From assembly GCA_023393815.1 (NCBI GenBank), contig JAEXBU010000016.1, forward strand, positions 1 through 56,851: a DNA stretch of 56,851 nucleotides, in the 5' to 3' direction. A program made the position numbers and the translations under genes. This stretch comes from Bacillota bacterium (lineage in GTDB: Bacteria; Bacillota; Clostridia; Tissierellales; Peptoniphilaceae). Position 1 is the stretch's first letter; every line of letters begins with the position of its first letter. Below are positions 9,716-19,772 of the stretch, in pieces. The notes beneath the pieces were generated by a model. It was not told where the DNA came from and did no database searches. It saw nothing but the letters and a program-made list of their open reading frames with translations.

Positions 9716-11098
9716 TTAAATGGCGTGTTTATTGGAATTATAAATGACTACCGGCATACCTTTAAAGGCATTCTTGTAGAACGTCGGCGTCTTCGACGGC
9801 GGCGTATTCACACAGCCGTGGCTTCCGCCTCCACGGTAGATGCCCCCGCCGTAGCTGCCTCGCCAGTTGGAATCGTGAATGCCGCAGCCCGACCAGTTAA
9901 AGGGCATCCAGTACTTGACGAAACTCTTCCATGTATCCCCCGTCAAGTAGCGGTTGCGTTCCATCATCCAAATTTCTTGCGTTCCCGTAGGCGTGCTGTT
10001 TCCGGTGTAGGGATTTCCCGTAACGACGGGGGTGTCGATCACCAAATTCCCGTCTTTATAGAGCCACATATGTTGTCTCGCAATGTCGATTTCGATATAG
10101 CTGTTGCCGAGGTCATTGACATTGCGGCTCATCGCTCTTCGCTTGTAGATCGGCTCCATGGTTTGTACTTTTTTATCTTTCATGGCCGTGATCAGCTGTT
10201 CGCGAGTCTTCGGCTGATCAATTTGCCACCCGTAAATTCCCCCCGTTACGCGCATCATGGCACCGCCGGTGGCTTGAAAGTCCCGACTTCCTTTAAACGT
10301 ATCGTACTTTTTCCCCAACTCCGCCACATAGGTCTTTACCTTTTCTTCGTCCGGTTCCAAACTGCCGTCGACGGACGACTTGTAAAGAGCAATCAAGTTT
10401 TCTCCGGCGAGCACTTCTTCCCGATCGGAAAAATTATAGGTGAGCTTATACTCTTCGATGGCATTTAAGCTGGCCACGTGCTTTTCCATATGATCCCGAT
10501 CTTCCACCGGCACGGGCTTCAAGTATAGATCCGCCTTCTTCGCATCCAAGGTCTTATCCTGTTTATGCAGAGACTTCAACACGACTCCTTTCAGTTTAGG
10601 CCCGTCCAGGCGGGTTCCCTCTTTGGCATCGGCGATCACATAGCCCTTGCCCTCTTCATAAACGATCCTCTCCGGAATGGGATCGACAATGTCTTCGTCC
10701 GTGACCATGCGCATCGTGGCCAGGGCATTCTCCAGCTTTTCGTCGTCGTAAGAAATGGACGTCTGTACCTTATAATCTTTTTTCATAAAGGCGTACACGG
10801 GCCACGCCCAAGGACTGTATTCTTTCATTTGAAAATCGGGCATGGTTTCTTTGTAGCCAATGTCCGATGCCTTAATCGTGTCGATCTTGTCGTCCTTGCC
10901 GACGATCTGTAAGGCATACTCTTTCCAGGATGCCTTAAAATGATCCCTTAAATTGGCCTTGAATTGAAGGGATATATCGGCCCCGTTGACCGACGTATTC
11001 GGCATATACACTTGTGTAAAGGCCACAGCGCCCAGTAAATAGATCGCGAGCAACACACCGATGAGGATGGCCGCGATTTTTCCCATTCGATTACTCAA
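9716..11098 (-). CDS. L,D-transpeptidase (membrane anchor + PG-binding repeats + YkuD domain)
   Basis: YIEIDIARQHMW, VVTG, TPTG, GIHD, SHGCVN catalytic motif. Confidence 0.92.
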   Translation of the reverse strand: MSNRMGKIAAILIGVLLAIYLLGAVAFTQVYMPNTSVNGADISLQFKANLRDHFKASWKEYALQIVGKDDKIDTIKASDIGYKETMPDFQMKEYSPWAWPVYAFMKKDYKVQTSISYDDEKLENALATMRMVTDEDIVDPIPERIVYEEGKGYVIADAKEGTRLDGPKLKGVVLKSLHKQDKTLDAKKADLYLKPVPVEDRDHMEKHVASLNAIEEYKLTYNFSDREEVLAGENLIALYKSSVDGSLEPDEEKVKTYVAELGKKYDTFKGSRDFQATGGAMMRVTGGIYGWQIDQPKTREQLITAMKDKKVQTMEPIYKRRAMSRNVNDLGNSYIEIDIARQHMWLYKDGNLVIDTPVVTGNPYTGNSTPTGTQEIWMMERNRYLTGDTWKSFVKYWMPFNWSGCGIHDSNWRGSYGGGIYRGGGSHGCVNTPPSKTPTFYKNAFKGMPVVIYNSNKHAI

Positions 11099-11237
11099 AT
11101 TATTTCTCCTTTTCTAGTTGCTTGTTCTATTAGTGTATCACAAATTATTCTCGGTTCAAGGTGATTTTTTCCTTTCTCTTCATGGAAATGTAGTGTAATC
11201 TAACTATAGTAATGTTTTAAGAAACGAGGACAAACCT

Positions 11238-12002
11238 ATGGATAAAAACCCCCGAACCATCCAGTCCCTGGCCCGGGCTTTCGCTATTTTAGACTGCTTC
11301 GACGCCGTGCATCCGAAACTGAGTTTATCGGAAATTTCGAAATTAGTGCAATTAAACGTCAACACTACCCGCGGCCTGGTAAACACGTTGGTGCACTTTC
11401 AATATTTAAGCCGCGACGAGGCAAAAAATGACTACCATTTGGGCCTCGCTTTTATTCCAAAAGCCAATTTGGTGGAAGACCAGTATCTATTCCACGTAAA
11501 AAATAAAATTCAACCGATGCTTCGGATTTGGGCCAACGGATTCGAGCTCAGCGCCCGCTTAAATATGGTGGAAGACGGCCAGCTTCTCACGATATTTACC
11601 GAAGTGCCGGACAACACCCGCTACTTAATTATGACCCGCTCCCGTACGCCCTTTCCCTTACACGCTACGGCGTCGGGAAAGGCCTACTTGGCCAGCTTGC
11701 CTCAAACCGTCATGGACCATTACATTGCCGACACGCGCCTGATCGCCTACACCGACAAAACCATTACCGACGCAGCCGTCTTAAAAGAGGAAATGGAGAC
11801 TACCCGCAAGCGCGGCTACGCTCTGGAAATCGGTGAGATTAACGACGGCATCGGCTCCATCGCCATGCCCCTCTTCGACAAGCGAAAAGACTGTATCGGC
11901 ACCATCTCCCTTTCCGGTGCCAACGAACAAATTTTAGAAAAAGAACGCCAGGCCTACGCCACGGTCCACCTGTTTTTAGACGAACTGAATCCCATTTGGT
12001 AA
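11238..12002 (+). CDS. IclR-family transcriptional regulator
   Basis: IQSLARAFAILD N-terminal HTH; PLHATASGKAYLA; RKRGYA; SIAMPLFD. Confidence 0.93.
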   Translation: MDKNPRTIQSLARAFAILDCFDAVHPKLSLSEISKLVQLNVNTTRGLVNTLVHFQYLSRDEAKNDYHLGLAFIPKANLVEDQYLFHVKNKIQPMLRIWANGFELSARLNMVEDGQLLTIFTEVPDNTRYLIMTRSRTPFPLHATASGKAYLASLPQTVMDHYIADTRLIAYTDKTITDAAVLKEEMETTRKRGYALEIGEINDGIGSIAMPLFDKRKDCIGTISLSGANEQILEKERQAYATVHLFLDELNPIW

Positions 12003-12136
12003 AGAAAAGCCCTTGTCCCGGAAAAAGGAGACAGGGGTTTTTTCGTCTCTGCGTCGACGGGCACTTTTTTTCGAATCCCGCACCTTATTCCCTTTTTCCA
12101 CAAAAAAAGAGGCCGAAGCCCCTTCTTTTTCGCAAG

Positions 12137-13561
12137 TTACATGGCCAAGTACGCCATAAGGGCGTAATTGATTAGGAATAAAATCGTGGATCCGATTAAA
12201 ATCGGGTGCAGCTCTTTCGCCTTCCCCTTTAAAATCATAACGACACAGTAAAAGACAAAACCGGCGGCGATGCCATTACTGATGGAGTAACTCAGCCCCA
12301 TAAAGACGGAGGCGAAGAAGGCCGGAACGGCACATTCCAAATCGGTCCATTCGATTTCCGCAAAACTTGCGCACATCATAATCCCGACGATGATTAAAAC
12401 CGGCGCCGTAGCCTGTGCCGGCACGATGCCCGCTACCGGCGCAATGACGATGGCCAGCAAAAATAAAAGAGCCGTTACCGTAGAAGTGAGTCCCGTTCGC
12501 CCGCCGGCACCGATGCCTGCGGCGCTTTCCACAAAGGTAGTGGTGTTGCTAGTGCCGATAAACGCGCCGATGACCGTTCCTATGGAGTCGGCGAAAAGAG
12601 CCTTGTCCAACTTGGACTTAAAGCCGGAGCTGGACTGCATATTGCGAATATCTTCTTCACTAAAGATCCCCGATCGGCGACCCGTACCGATAAAGGTACC
12701 TAACGTATCGAAAGTGTCGCTTAGAGAGAAGGCGAAGATGGTCATGAGGACCAAGGGGATGCGCGCCGGATCGGCGAAGAGCCCCAGAAGCCCTTCTTTT
12801 CCAAGTGCCACGCCGAAGACCGTGGACAAATCCGCGAAGGAACTGGCTACGGAGGAGCTTTCCGAAAGCTTCGACAAATCTACCACGCCCATGGGAATGC
12901 CGATAAGGGTCGTGGCGAGAATGCTGATGAGGATCGCGCCCTTTACATTTTTTACGACGAGAACCACCGTAATAATGAGGCCGATAATGGCGAGAAGCAC
13001 GCCGGCATCGTTAAAATTTACCAAGGCGGGTACGGCCGCGGAAGAACCGACGATGGTTCCGCCATCCAAGGCTTGGTAGGTACCCGGATCCAAAGTGAAA
13101 TTCAACAGGCCGCTATTTTTTATGCCGATGTAGCCGATAAATACGCCGATCCCGCCGCTGATGGCGTGCTGCAAGGACTCGGGAATGGACGAAATAATCA
13201 TTTTACGGATCTTCGTTACCGTAATCAATACGTTGATCACGCCGCATAAAAATACCATGCCCAAAGCTTCTTTCCAGCTGAAACCTAGACCGAAGACGAC
13301 GGTGTAGGTGAAAAAGGCATTTAACCCCATGCCCGGGGCCAAGGCGTAGGGCACGTTGGCGAACAGACCCATGACCAAAGTCGCGACCACCGAAGCGATA
13401 ATCGTCGCCAAAAATACGGCGCCCCAGGGAATGCCCGTCTGAGATAGAATCGCCGGATTGACGAAAATAATGTAGCTCATGGCAAAGAACGTAGTCATGC
13501 CGGCTAAAATTTCCGTGGACACGTCGGTGTGATTCTCTTTCAACTTAAAGAATGACTCCAT
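12137..13561 (-). CDS. NCS2/AzgA-family purine permease (PbuG/PbuO-like)
   Basis: EILAGMTTFFAMSYIIFVNP, APGMGLNAFF, ESAAGIGAGGRTGLT; AGGAGG RBS before ATG 13561. Confidence 0.93.
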   Translation of the reverse strand: MESFFKLKENHTDVSTEILAGMTTFFAMSYIIFVNPAILSQTGIPWGAVFLATIIASVVATLVMGLFANVPYALAPGMGLNAFFTYTVVFGLGFSWKEALGMVFLCGVINVLITVTKIRKMIISSIPESLQHAISGGIGVFIGYIGIKNSGLLNFTLDPGTYQALDGGTIVGSSAAVPALVNFNDAGVLLAIIGLIITVVLVVKNVKGAILISILATTLIGIPMGVVDLSKLSESSSVASSFADLSTVFGVALGKEGLLGLFADPARIPLVLMTIFAFSLSDTFDTLGTFIGTGRRSGIFSEEDIRNMQSSSGFKSKLDKALFADSIGTVIGAFIGTSNTTTFVESAAGIGAGGRTGLTSTVTALLFLLAIVIAPVAGIVPAQATAPVLIIVGIMMCASFAEIEWTDLECAVPAFFASVFMGLSYSISNGIAAGFVFYCVVMILKGKAKELHPILIGSTILFLINYALMAYLAM

Positions 13562-13609
13562 AGATTTCCTCCTTATCAATAATACCTAGATAGTATAACA
13601 CGAAAGTTC

Positions 13610-13939
13610 TTAGGCGAACACTTGCTGAATTAAAAACATATACACCGCCGTACCGGCGATAATGGAGGCGATGGACTTTCTCTTCCAAAGATAAGATAGC
13701 GCCGTTACAAGGCTCGCCGCCACCAAAGGCACGTATCCCGACGGAGCGGAAAATGTCAGCGTTCGAAGGCAATAGACGATCAAAAGGCCCATCATGGAGT
13801 AAGGAAGGAGATTTCCCAAATCCCCCACTACTTTCGGCAGGCGTTTCTTCCCGGAAAAGAAAAACAGGGGGAAGGTGCGTATAGCGAAGGTCACGCATAT
13901 GACAATTGCTATGGCAAAATAAACTTCTCTAGTGGACAT
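13610..13939 (-). CDS. azlD: AzlD-family branched-chain amino-acid exporter, small subunit
   Basis: TFAIRTFPLFFF, LLPYSMMGLLIVYCL, SIIAGTAVYM; overlaps azlC. Confidence 0.88.
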   Translation of the reverse strand: MSTREVYFAIAIVICVTFAIRTFPLFFFSGKKRLPKVVGDLGNLLPYSMMGLLIVYCLRTLTFSAPSGYVPLVAASLVTALSYLWKRKSIASIIAGTAVYMFLIQQVFA

Positions 13940-14606
13940 ATTTCCTCCTGTAATACAAATCGCCGACCAAAATAAGGAGCATGGATGGAAGAATAAATTT
14001 CTCCGGTCCTACGATCAAAAGGGACAGAACCGATGCCGCCACACCGAAAATGGCAGGAAAGTGATGATCCGTCCCCTTCCACTGTTCCAAAAACGCCGTA
14101 ATAAACAGAGCCGTCATCATAAACTCGACGCCCGTAGCGTCGACGGGCAGCATGGCACCGATCCATCCGCCCAAAAGCGTGGCGCCGACCCATGTGACGA
14201 AGTTGATAAGCCCCATGCTGAACATATCCTTGCCCGTAGCCATGTTTCCGTCCTCTCCGCCGGTGACGTAGAGAGAAAAGGTTTCGTCGCTCGCAAAATG
14301 TACCACGAGCAGACGCTTATACATGGGCAGCTTCGACAAAGGACCTAATAAGGACAGGCTGTAAAATAAATAGCGCAGGTTAATGGATACGGTCAGAATC
14401 ACAAGCTCCAACACATTGAGCGGCTCGGAAAACAAGCTGACCATGGCAAATTGCATGGCACCGGCGTAAATTCCGCCGCTCATGAGCCCGCCGATGCGGT
14501 TGGGCTGACCGACGGATTTCACCAAAACCCCGAAGCCGATGGCCAAAAAGAAGTAGCTGATCACGATGGGCAGCGTGCGCGGAAATACTTTTTTTACTCC
14601 ATTCAT
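13929..14606 (-). CDS. azlC: AzlC-family branched-chain amino-acid exporter permease
   Basis: YAGAMQF, INLRYLFYSLS, SDETFS, GVEFMMTALF. Confidence 0.9.
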   Translation of the reverse strand: MNGVKKVFPRTLPIVISYFFLAIGFGVLVKSVGQPNRIGGLMSGGIYAGAMQFAMVSLFSEPLNVLELVILTVSINLRYLFYSLSLLGPLSKLPMYKRLLVVHFASDETFSLYVTGGEDGNMATGKDMFSMGLINFVTWVGATLLGGWIGAMLPVDATGVEFMMTALFITAFLEQWKGTDHHFPAIFGVAASVLSLLIVGPEKFILPSMLLILVGDLYYRRKYVH

Positions 14607-14661
14607 AAGACCTCCTAAACGAAGGAAATAAAAAACGCCCCAATGGGGCGCATTTACTGTT

Positions 14662-15051
14662 TTACTTTACTTCGACAGTAGCTCCAGCTTCTTCCAGCTT
14701 CGCTTTGATGTCGTCGGCTTCGTCTTTGCTTGCGCCTTCTTTCACGGGCTTCGGTGCGCCGTCAACGAGGGCTTTTGCGTCTTTCAAGCCGAGGCCGGTG
14801 ATGTCTTTAACGACCTTGATGACCTTTACTTTTTCTTGGCCGGCCGATGCTAAGATTACGTCAAATTCGGTTTTTTCTTCAGCGGCTGCACCTGCTGCTG
14901 CGCCGGCTGCCGGAGCGGCTGCTGCTACAGCGACGGGAGCTTGTGCGCTAACGCCGAATTCTTCTTCTAAAGCGCTAACTAAGTCAGCGAGTTCGATAAC
15001 GGTTAATTCTTTGATCTCTTCAATAAGAGCGGTTACTTTTTCAGATGCCAT
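14662..15051 (-). CDS. rplL: 50S ribosomal protein L7/L12
   Basis: LEEEFGVSA, Ala hinge, [23 protein letters not shown]. Confidence 0.99.
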   Translation of the reverse strand: MASEKVTALIEEIKELTVIELADLVSALEEEFGVSAQAPVAVAAAAPAAGAAAGAAAEEKTEFDVILASAGQEKVKVIKVVKDITGLGLKDAKALVDGAPKPVKEGASKDEADDIKAKLEEAGATVEVK

Positions 15052-15083
15052 AATGTGTATACCTCCATAATCGGTTGATGCCC

Positions 15084-15620
15084 TTAGGCAGTTTCTTCTT
15101 CTTTCTTTTCGCGGATCCGGTTAAGCGCAACGGCAAGGCCACGCATATTTCCGGACAGTACCGTAACGAGTCCTTGGAGCGGTGCATTTAAGCCGCCAAG
15201 TAATTGAGCGATAAGGATTTCGCGGCTCGGCAACTTTGCCAATGCCTTGACTTCATCGACGGATACGACGCGGCCGTCTAATACGCCGCCTTTGATTTCC
15301 AGACGATCGTTGCTTTCGGCAAAGTCGTTTAAAATCTTCGCCGGTTGAACGGCATCTTCAATGCCGAATGCGACGACGGTAGGACCGACGAGCAGTTCGT
15401 CCAGACCTTCGTTTCCGGTCGCGTCAAAGGCACGCCGTAACATGGTATTTTTGTACACCTTGTATTCGACGCCGTTTTCGCGCAATTCTTTTCTCAACTT
15501 GGTAACTTCTTCCACCGTTAAGCCGTGGTTATTAACCAAGACGATGGATTGCGATTGTTCGATCTTTTCTTTGATCTCATTGACCAAGTTAATCTTCGAT
15601 TGGAGCAGCTCTTCTTTCAC
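15084..15620 (-). CDS. rplJ: 50S ribosomal protein L10
   Basis: [33 protein letters not shown] start at 15620 after GGAGGTG. Confidence 0.98.
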   Translation of the reverse strand: MKEELLQSKINLVNEIKEKIEQSQSIVLVNNHGLTVEEVTKLRKELRENGVEYKVYKNTMLRRAFDATGNEGLDELLVGPTVVAFGIEDAVQPAKILNDFAESNDRLEIKGGVLDGRVVSVDEVKALAKLPSREILIAQLLGGLNAPLQGLVTVLSGNMRGLAVALNRIREKKEEETA

Positions 15621-15644
15621 AGATTCACCTCCTCGTTTTCTACA

Positions 15645-15745
15645 TAAAAAAATCACATTGCAGACACAATGCGAGTACCAAATGCAAATTCAGTCACCTC
15701 GGCAGGAAATTAAGGCGAACCACCTGCTGTCTGCGGTTTCAACTC
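15645..15745 (-). ncRNA. L10 leader (ribosomal-protein autoregulatory RNA) with terminator
   Basis: CCGCAGACAGCAGGTGG...TTAATTTCCTGCCGAGG core, then CATTG-TGTCTG-CAATG hairpin + T-tract ahead of rplJ. Confidence 0.85.
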
Positions 15746-15786
15746 GTTCATAATACCAAAAAAAAATCCCTCTGTAAAGGGACTTT

Positions 15787-16998
15787 TTAGAATTTTTCTT
15801 TTTTCTCCATCCCTTGGGCGATGCGAAAAGCCGAAGCCATCGCCCAATGAATGTTGTACCCGCCGCAGTCTCCGTCCACGTCCAGCACTTCCCCGGCGGC
15901 GTAAAGCCCCGGCGCATAGGCAGACTCCAAGTCTTCGCTAAAGCCGTCCAAGGCCATACCGCCGCAGGTAACTTGCGCGTAGTCGAAGCCTCGCACGCCG
16001 GTGACGGGCATCGTAAAGGCAAACAGCAGGTTCAACAAACGGTTCCGATCGGCCCATGGCAGTTGATCCATTCCTTCATCGCCCTTCAGCCCGCATTCCT
16101 TTAAGACTACGTGCACCCATTTGTTCGACAAGATACCGTCGAGAAAATCTTCTACCGCCGCGGGCAAATAACTGCGCCCTTCGAGAAGGTTTCTGTAGTC
16201 GCCGAGTTGATCCAAATGATTGATCATAGGAAAAGACACCCGATAATTGCCTTTTTCCTCCCCCACGGTTCGGGCGAGATCCAACACAGGCGGCCCGCTA
16301 ATCCCGTCTTTCGCCAAGAGGATTTCCCCCGTCTTCGACGCGATTTTTTCTCCGTTTCGAAACAGATTGACCGCGCCCTCCACTTTCGTACCGTTTAAAT
16401 GCTTTAAATAGGGGCTGTCGCAAACCAGGGCGGAAATGCCGGGGAATATCCGCGTCTTTTTGTGGCCAAACGCCTGTAAAAGCGCATAGCCCTTGCCGTC
16501 TGCGCCCGATTGGGGCATGGCCATGCCGCCGGTTGCGACAATTACGCGATCCGCGAAAAATATCTTTTCTCTGCTCGCCAAGCGAAAGCCGTCTTTCGCC
16601 TTTTCAATTTTCTCGATACACGTATCCACTACTTCCACGCCGCCTGCGGAAAAAAAACGCCGCCTTAGAGCGTTTAAGACGGTGCGGGCCTGAAGCGTCG
16701 ACGGATAGAGCTTGCCTCGTTCTTCTTCTACGAGGTCGATCCCCATTTCTTCAAAAAATCTGCGGCGCACGGCGGGGGAAAAATACGTTCCCGGATCGAA
16801 GGGCAGAGGCGATTCGCTATGCCAGTGCGCGCGAGACAAATCTCCGTTGCTTACATTCGCCCGACCGTTTCCCGTAACCAATAATTTTTTTCCCACGCGA
16901 TTTTTTCGCTCGTAAATCGCGACCCTATGACCCCCTTCGGCTAAGAGACACCCGGCGGCGAGGCCGCTGACGCCGCCGCCGACAATGGCGATTTCCAT
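15787..16998 (-). CDS. HI0933/BaiN-like NAD(P)/FAD-dependent flavoprotein
   Basis: GGGVSG, GKKLLVTGNGRANVSN, ATGG...GADGKGY, AQVTCGG, GEVLDVDGDCGGYNIHWA. Confidence 0.92.
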   Translation of the reverse strand: MEIAIVGGGVSGLAAGCLLAEGGHRVAIYERKNRVGKKLLVTGNGRANVSNGDLSRAHWHSESPLPFDPGTYFSPAVRRRFFEEMGIDLVEEERGKLYPSTLQARTVLNALRRRFFSAGGVEVVDTCIEKIEKAKDGFRLASREKIFFADRVIVATGGMAMPQSGADGKGYALLQAFGHKKTRIFPGISALVCDSPYLKHLNGTKVEGAVNLFRNGEKIASKTGEILLAKDGISGPPVLDLARTVGEEKGNYRVSFPMINHLDQLGDYRNLLEGRSYLPAAVEDFLDGILSNKWVHVVLKECGLKGDEGMDQLPWADRNRLLNLLFAFTMPVTGVRGFDYAQVTCGGMALDGFSEDLESAYAPGLYAAGEVLDVDGDCGGYNIHWAMASAFRIAQGMEKKEKF

Positions 16999-17077
16999 AG
17001 AAAAACCCCTTTCTTTTCACCGAGTATAGCACGCAAATATGCTACAATACAAGGTAGAAAAAGTGAAAGGAGCCAAC

Positions 17078-18295
17078 ATGAATATTACCGAACGTTTAAA
17101 AAAATACGTACAAGTTTTCACCACTAGCGACGAAAATTCCGATACCTTCCCGTCTACTGCGCGCCAATTCGACTTGGCCCACATCCTCGTAGACGAACTG
17201 AAGGAATTGGGATTGGAAGATGCCAAAGTCGATAACTACGGCTACGTCACCGCACACCTTGCTTCCAACGTGGACAAAGACCTTCCCACTTTGGGCCTCT
17301 TGGCCCACATGGATACCTCCCCCGCCATGAATGGCGAAGGCGTCAAACCGCAAGTGATCCACTACGAAGGCGGCGACATCGTCTTAAATAAAGAAAAAAA
17401 TATCGTCCTCTCGGACGAAGATTTCCCCGCGTTAAAGGAGGTGCGAGGCCTAGACTTAATGGTCTCCGACGGCACCACGCTTCTGGGCGCCGACGACAAA
17501 GCGGGCATCGCCATTATTATGGATAGCCTGAAAACCTTGATCGAAAAGGATCTTCCCCACGGCCCTCTGGCCATCGGCTTTACGCCCGATGAAGAAATCG
17601 GCTGCGGTGTCGATCACTTCGACGTGGACGCCTTTGGCGCCGACGTAGCTTTTACCTTGGATGGTTCTCGCCTCGGCGAAGTGCAATACGAATGTTTCCA
17701 CGCCGTCAGCGGCAAAGTATCCATTCAAGGGGTCAGTGTCCATCCGGGCAGCGCGAAAAACCAAATGATCAACGCCATTAGTCTGGGCATGGAACTGGAC
17801 GGAATGCTTCCGGAACAAATGCGCCCCCAATATACGGAAGGCTACGAAGGCTTCTACCACCTGGATCAATTCCGCGGCACGGTCGACGAAGCGGAAATGG
17901 TCTACATCCTGCGGGATTTCGACGCGGAGAAAGTAAAGAACATGGGCGAGATCTTCCAGGCTGCCGTGGATTTTTTAAACAGAAAATACGGACAACACAT
18001 CACTCTGACTTTGGAAGAAAGCTACCGAAATATGCGCGAAAAAATCGAGCCGCACATGGACCTCATCGACCTGTGCGTGGACGTCATGAAAGAAGAAGGG
18101 ATCGAGCCCATCGTCGCGCCCATTCGCGGCGGCACCGACGGCAGCAAACTTTCCTGGATGGGCCTTCCCACGCCGAACCTCTTTACCGGCGGCATGAATT
18201 TCCACGGCCCCTACGAATATATCCCCATTCAACATATGGAAAAGGGCCGGGACTTTTTGGTGACGCTCATCCAAACCATGGCGAAGCGGGCGTAA
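17078..18295 (+). CDS. pepT: Peptidase T (tripeptide aminopeptidase)
   Basis: AHMDTS, LLGADDKAG, FTPDEEIG, PIRGGTDG, GGMNFHG. Confidence 0.97.
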   Translation: MNITERLKKYVQVFTTSDENSDTFPSTARQFDLAHILVDELKELGLEDAKVDNYGYVTAHLASNVDKDLPTLGLLAHMDTSPAMNGEGVKPQVIHYEGGDIVLNKEKNIVLSDEDFPALKEVRGLDLMVSDGTTLLGADDKAGIAIIMDSLKTLIEKDLPHGPLAIGFTPDEEIGCGVDHFDVDAFGADVAFTLDGSRLGEVQYECFHAVSGKVSIQGVSVHPGSAKNQMINAISLGMELDGMLPEQMRPQYTEGYEGFYHLDQFRGTVDEAEMVYILRDFDAEKVKNMGEIFQAAVDFLNRKYGQHITLTLEESYRNMREKIEPHMDLIDLCVDVMKEEGIEPIVAPIRGGTDGSKLSWMGLPTPNLFTGGMNFHGPYEYIPIQHMEKGRDFLVTLIQTMAKRA

Positions 18296-18296
18296 C

Positions 18297-18653
18297 TTGC
18301 AGGTACTCTATGCAGCGGGCGGCGGAGCTCTCGGTGCGGCCACGCGCTTTTTGCTTTCCCGCCTGCCCTTCACGGATCACACCTTACCCATTCCCACACT
18401 GCTCGCCAATAGCATCGGCTGCTTTCTTATGGGCTTCTTCGCCGCCAAAGCCGAGGCGCGGGGCTTAAGTCCGAACCTGCAGATTTTCCTAAAAACCGGT
18501 TTTTGCGGCGGGCTCACCACATTTTCTGCCTTTAGTTCGGAAACCATTCAAATGACCCAAAAGGGACAGCTCTCGACCGCGTTTTTCTACGTTGCCGCTT
18601 CCATCGGTTTGGGCTTTTTCGCCCTGTATCTTGGCGGTCAATGGACAAAATAA
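18297..18653 (+). CDS. crcB: Fluoride channel FluC/CrcB
   Basis: GGALGAATRF, TLLANSIGCF, TGFCGGLTTFSAF. Confidence 0.9.
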   Translation: MQVLYAAGGGALGAATRFLLSRLPFTDHTLPIPTLLANSIGCFLMGFFAAKAEARGLSPNLQIFLKTGFCGGLTTFSAFSSETIQMTQKGQLSTAFFYVAASIGLGFFALYLGGQWTK

Positions 18654-18674
18654 AAAATCCGGCTCCCGGCCGAA

Positions 18675-18726
18675 TCCCATAAAAAAATCGAGTAAGCCAT
18701 CGCACTTACTCGATTTTTTTATGGGA
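18675..18726. repeat. Perfect 22-bp inverted repeat, probable bidirectional terminator
   Basis: TCCCATAAAAAAATCGAGTAAG-8nt-CTTACTCGATTTTTTTATGGGA between convergent genes. Confidence 0.85.
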
Positions 18727-18827
18727 GCTCTTTACCCTACCGAACGCCGCGAAAAAACTTTCCCGATTTTTCGTTTTTCTACTCTCTGTCCTTCTTCTTC
18801 TTAAGAATCATGCCCGTAGACATTCTC

Positions 18828-19550
18828 TTATTCCATACGGACGGAGGTTAACAGAGACAGGATTCCGTCGATGGCATAGGCGCGGCGGCTCGGCTCTTGG
18901 CCCCATTGCCTCGCCTCTTTTTCTTTCAGGCTCGCTACCAGATAGTTTCCTTCTCTCGCCCCTAAAAGCAACTGTCCTTTTTTAGGGAAGTCCTTGGGAT
19001 TGACGGCGATCGTTCCCAACACTTCGCCGGTATCTTTAAAGACGAAAGCGATCGTTCCCTTTTCTTTCACCACGTCCACACCTTCGATTCCGCCTTCCGG
19101 CCACTTCCACTTTATGTCCGGATCCCGTAAAGTCTCTTCGTACGTAATATCGCTATAGGCTAGGTCTTTTCGATCGAAGATGCCGATCGTCCATAACTTT
19201 CGTTCTTCGTCGTAAAAGCTCGGATCGTCTTTTCCCTCCGCAATGTTTTCCATGTTTACGTAACGTTTACGGTCTTTTTCGACGACCAAATCGCTTTTGA
19301 CCGGAACCGATAGAATTCTCTCGTCGACGGTTTTAAACGACACGTTGGCCTCGTCTTTTACCGGCAAGTAGCCTGCCTTCTCGCAGATGACGGCTTCGTC
19401 GATAAAGACGTTTCCGTCTTTCACTATGTAATCGGCCGGATCGATCAAAACGCCACAAAAAATAACGTCCTCGACGAGACGAGACGGCTGCGCCCGACAG
19501 CCCGCAAGCAAAAGCAAACACAGCGCCACAATAGATAAGCGTCCTTTCAT
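18828..19550 (-). CDS. Hypothetical lipoprotein
   Basis: MKGRLSIVALCLLLLAGC lipobox; GAGGAAGAG RBS; no recognisable domain. Confidence 0.75.
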   Translation of the reverse strand: MKGRLSIVALCLLLLAGCRAQPSRLVEDVIFCGVLIDPADYIVKDGNVFIDEAVICEKAGYLPVKDEANVSFKTVDERILSVPVKSDLVVEKDRKRYVNMENIAEGKDDPSFYDEERKLWTIGIFDRKDLAYSDITYEETLRDPDIKWKWPEGGIEGVDVVKEKGTIAFVFKDTGEVLGTIAVNPKDFPKKGQLLLGAREGNYLVASLKEKEARQWGQEPSRRAYAIDGILSLLTSVRME

Positions 19551-19772
19551 TCTCTTCCTCCTTTTCCCCATTATATCGATTCAAAGTAGGAAAAGAGATA
19601 CGTGTCTTCTAATTTTTCTATAAGGTTTCATGACAGCACGTTCCATCTTCGCCTTTGCCGAAAGAAAATCGCGAAGTTGCCGTAGAAAGACCGATAGCAT
19701 CCGTTAAAGGACGCACGTGAATTTTAGGCATAAGAAAAGCGCCCGCCGATGCGAGCGCAATCTTTTATTTCG

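Noticed and set aside
13590..13625. CGAA/CGAAC words resembling PurR boxes upstream of the purine permease
   Set aside because: Match is too short and degenerate, and is not clearly repeated at purC or purF
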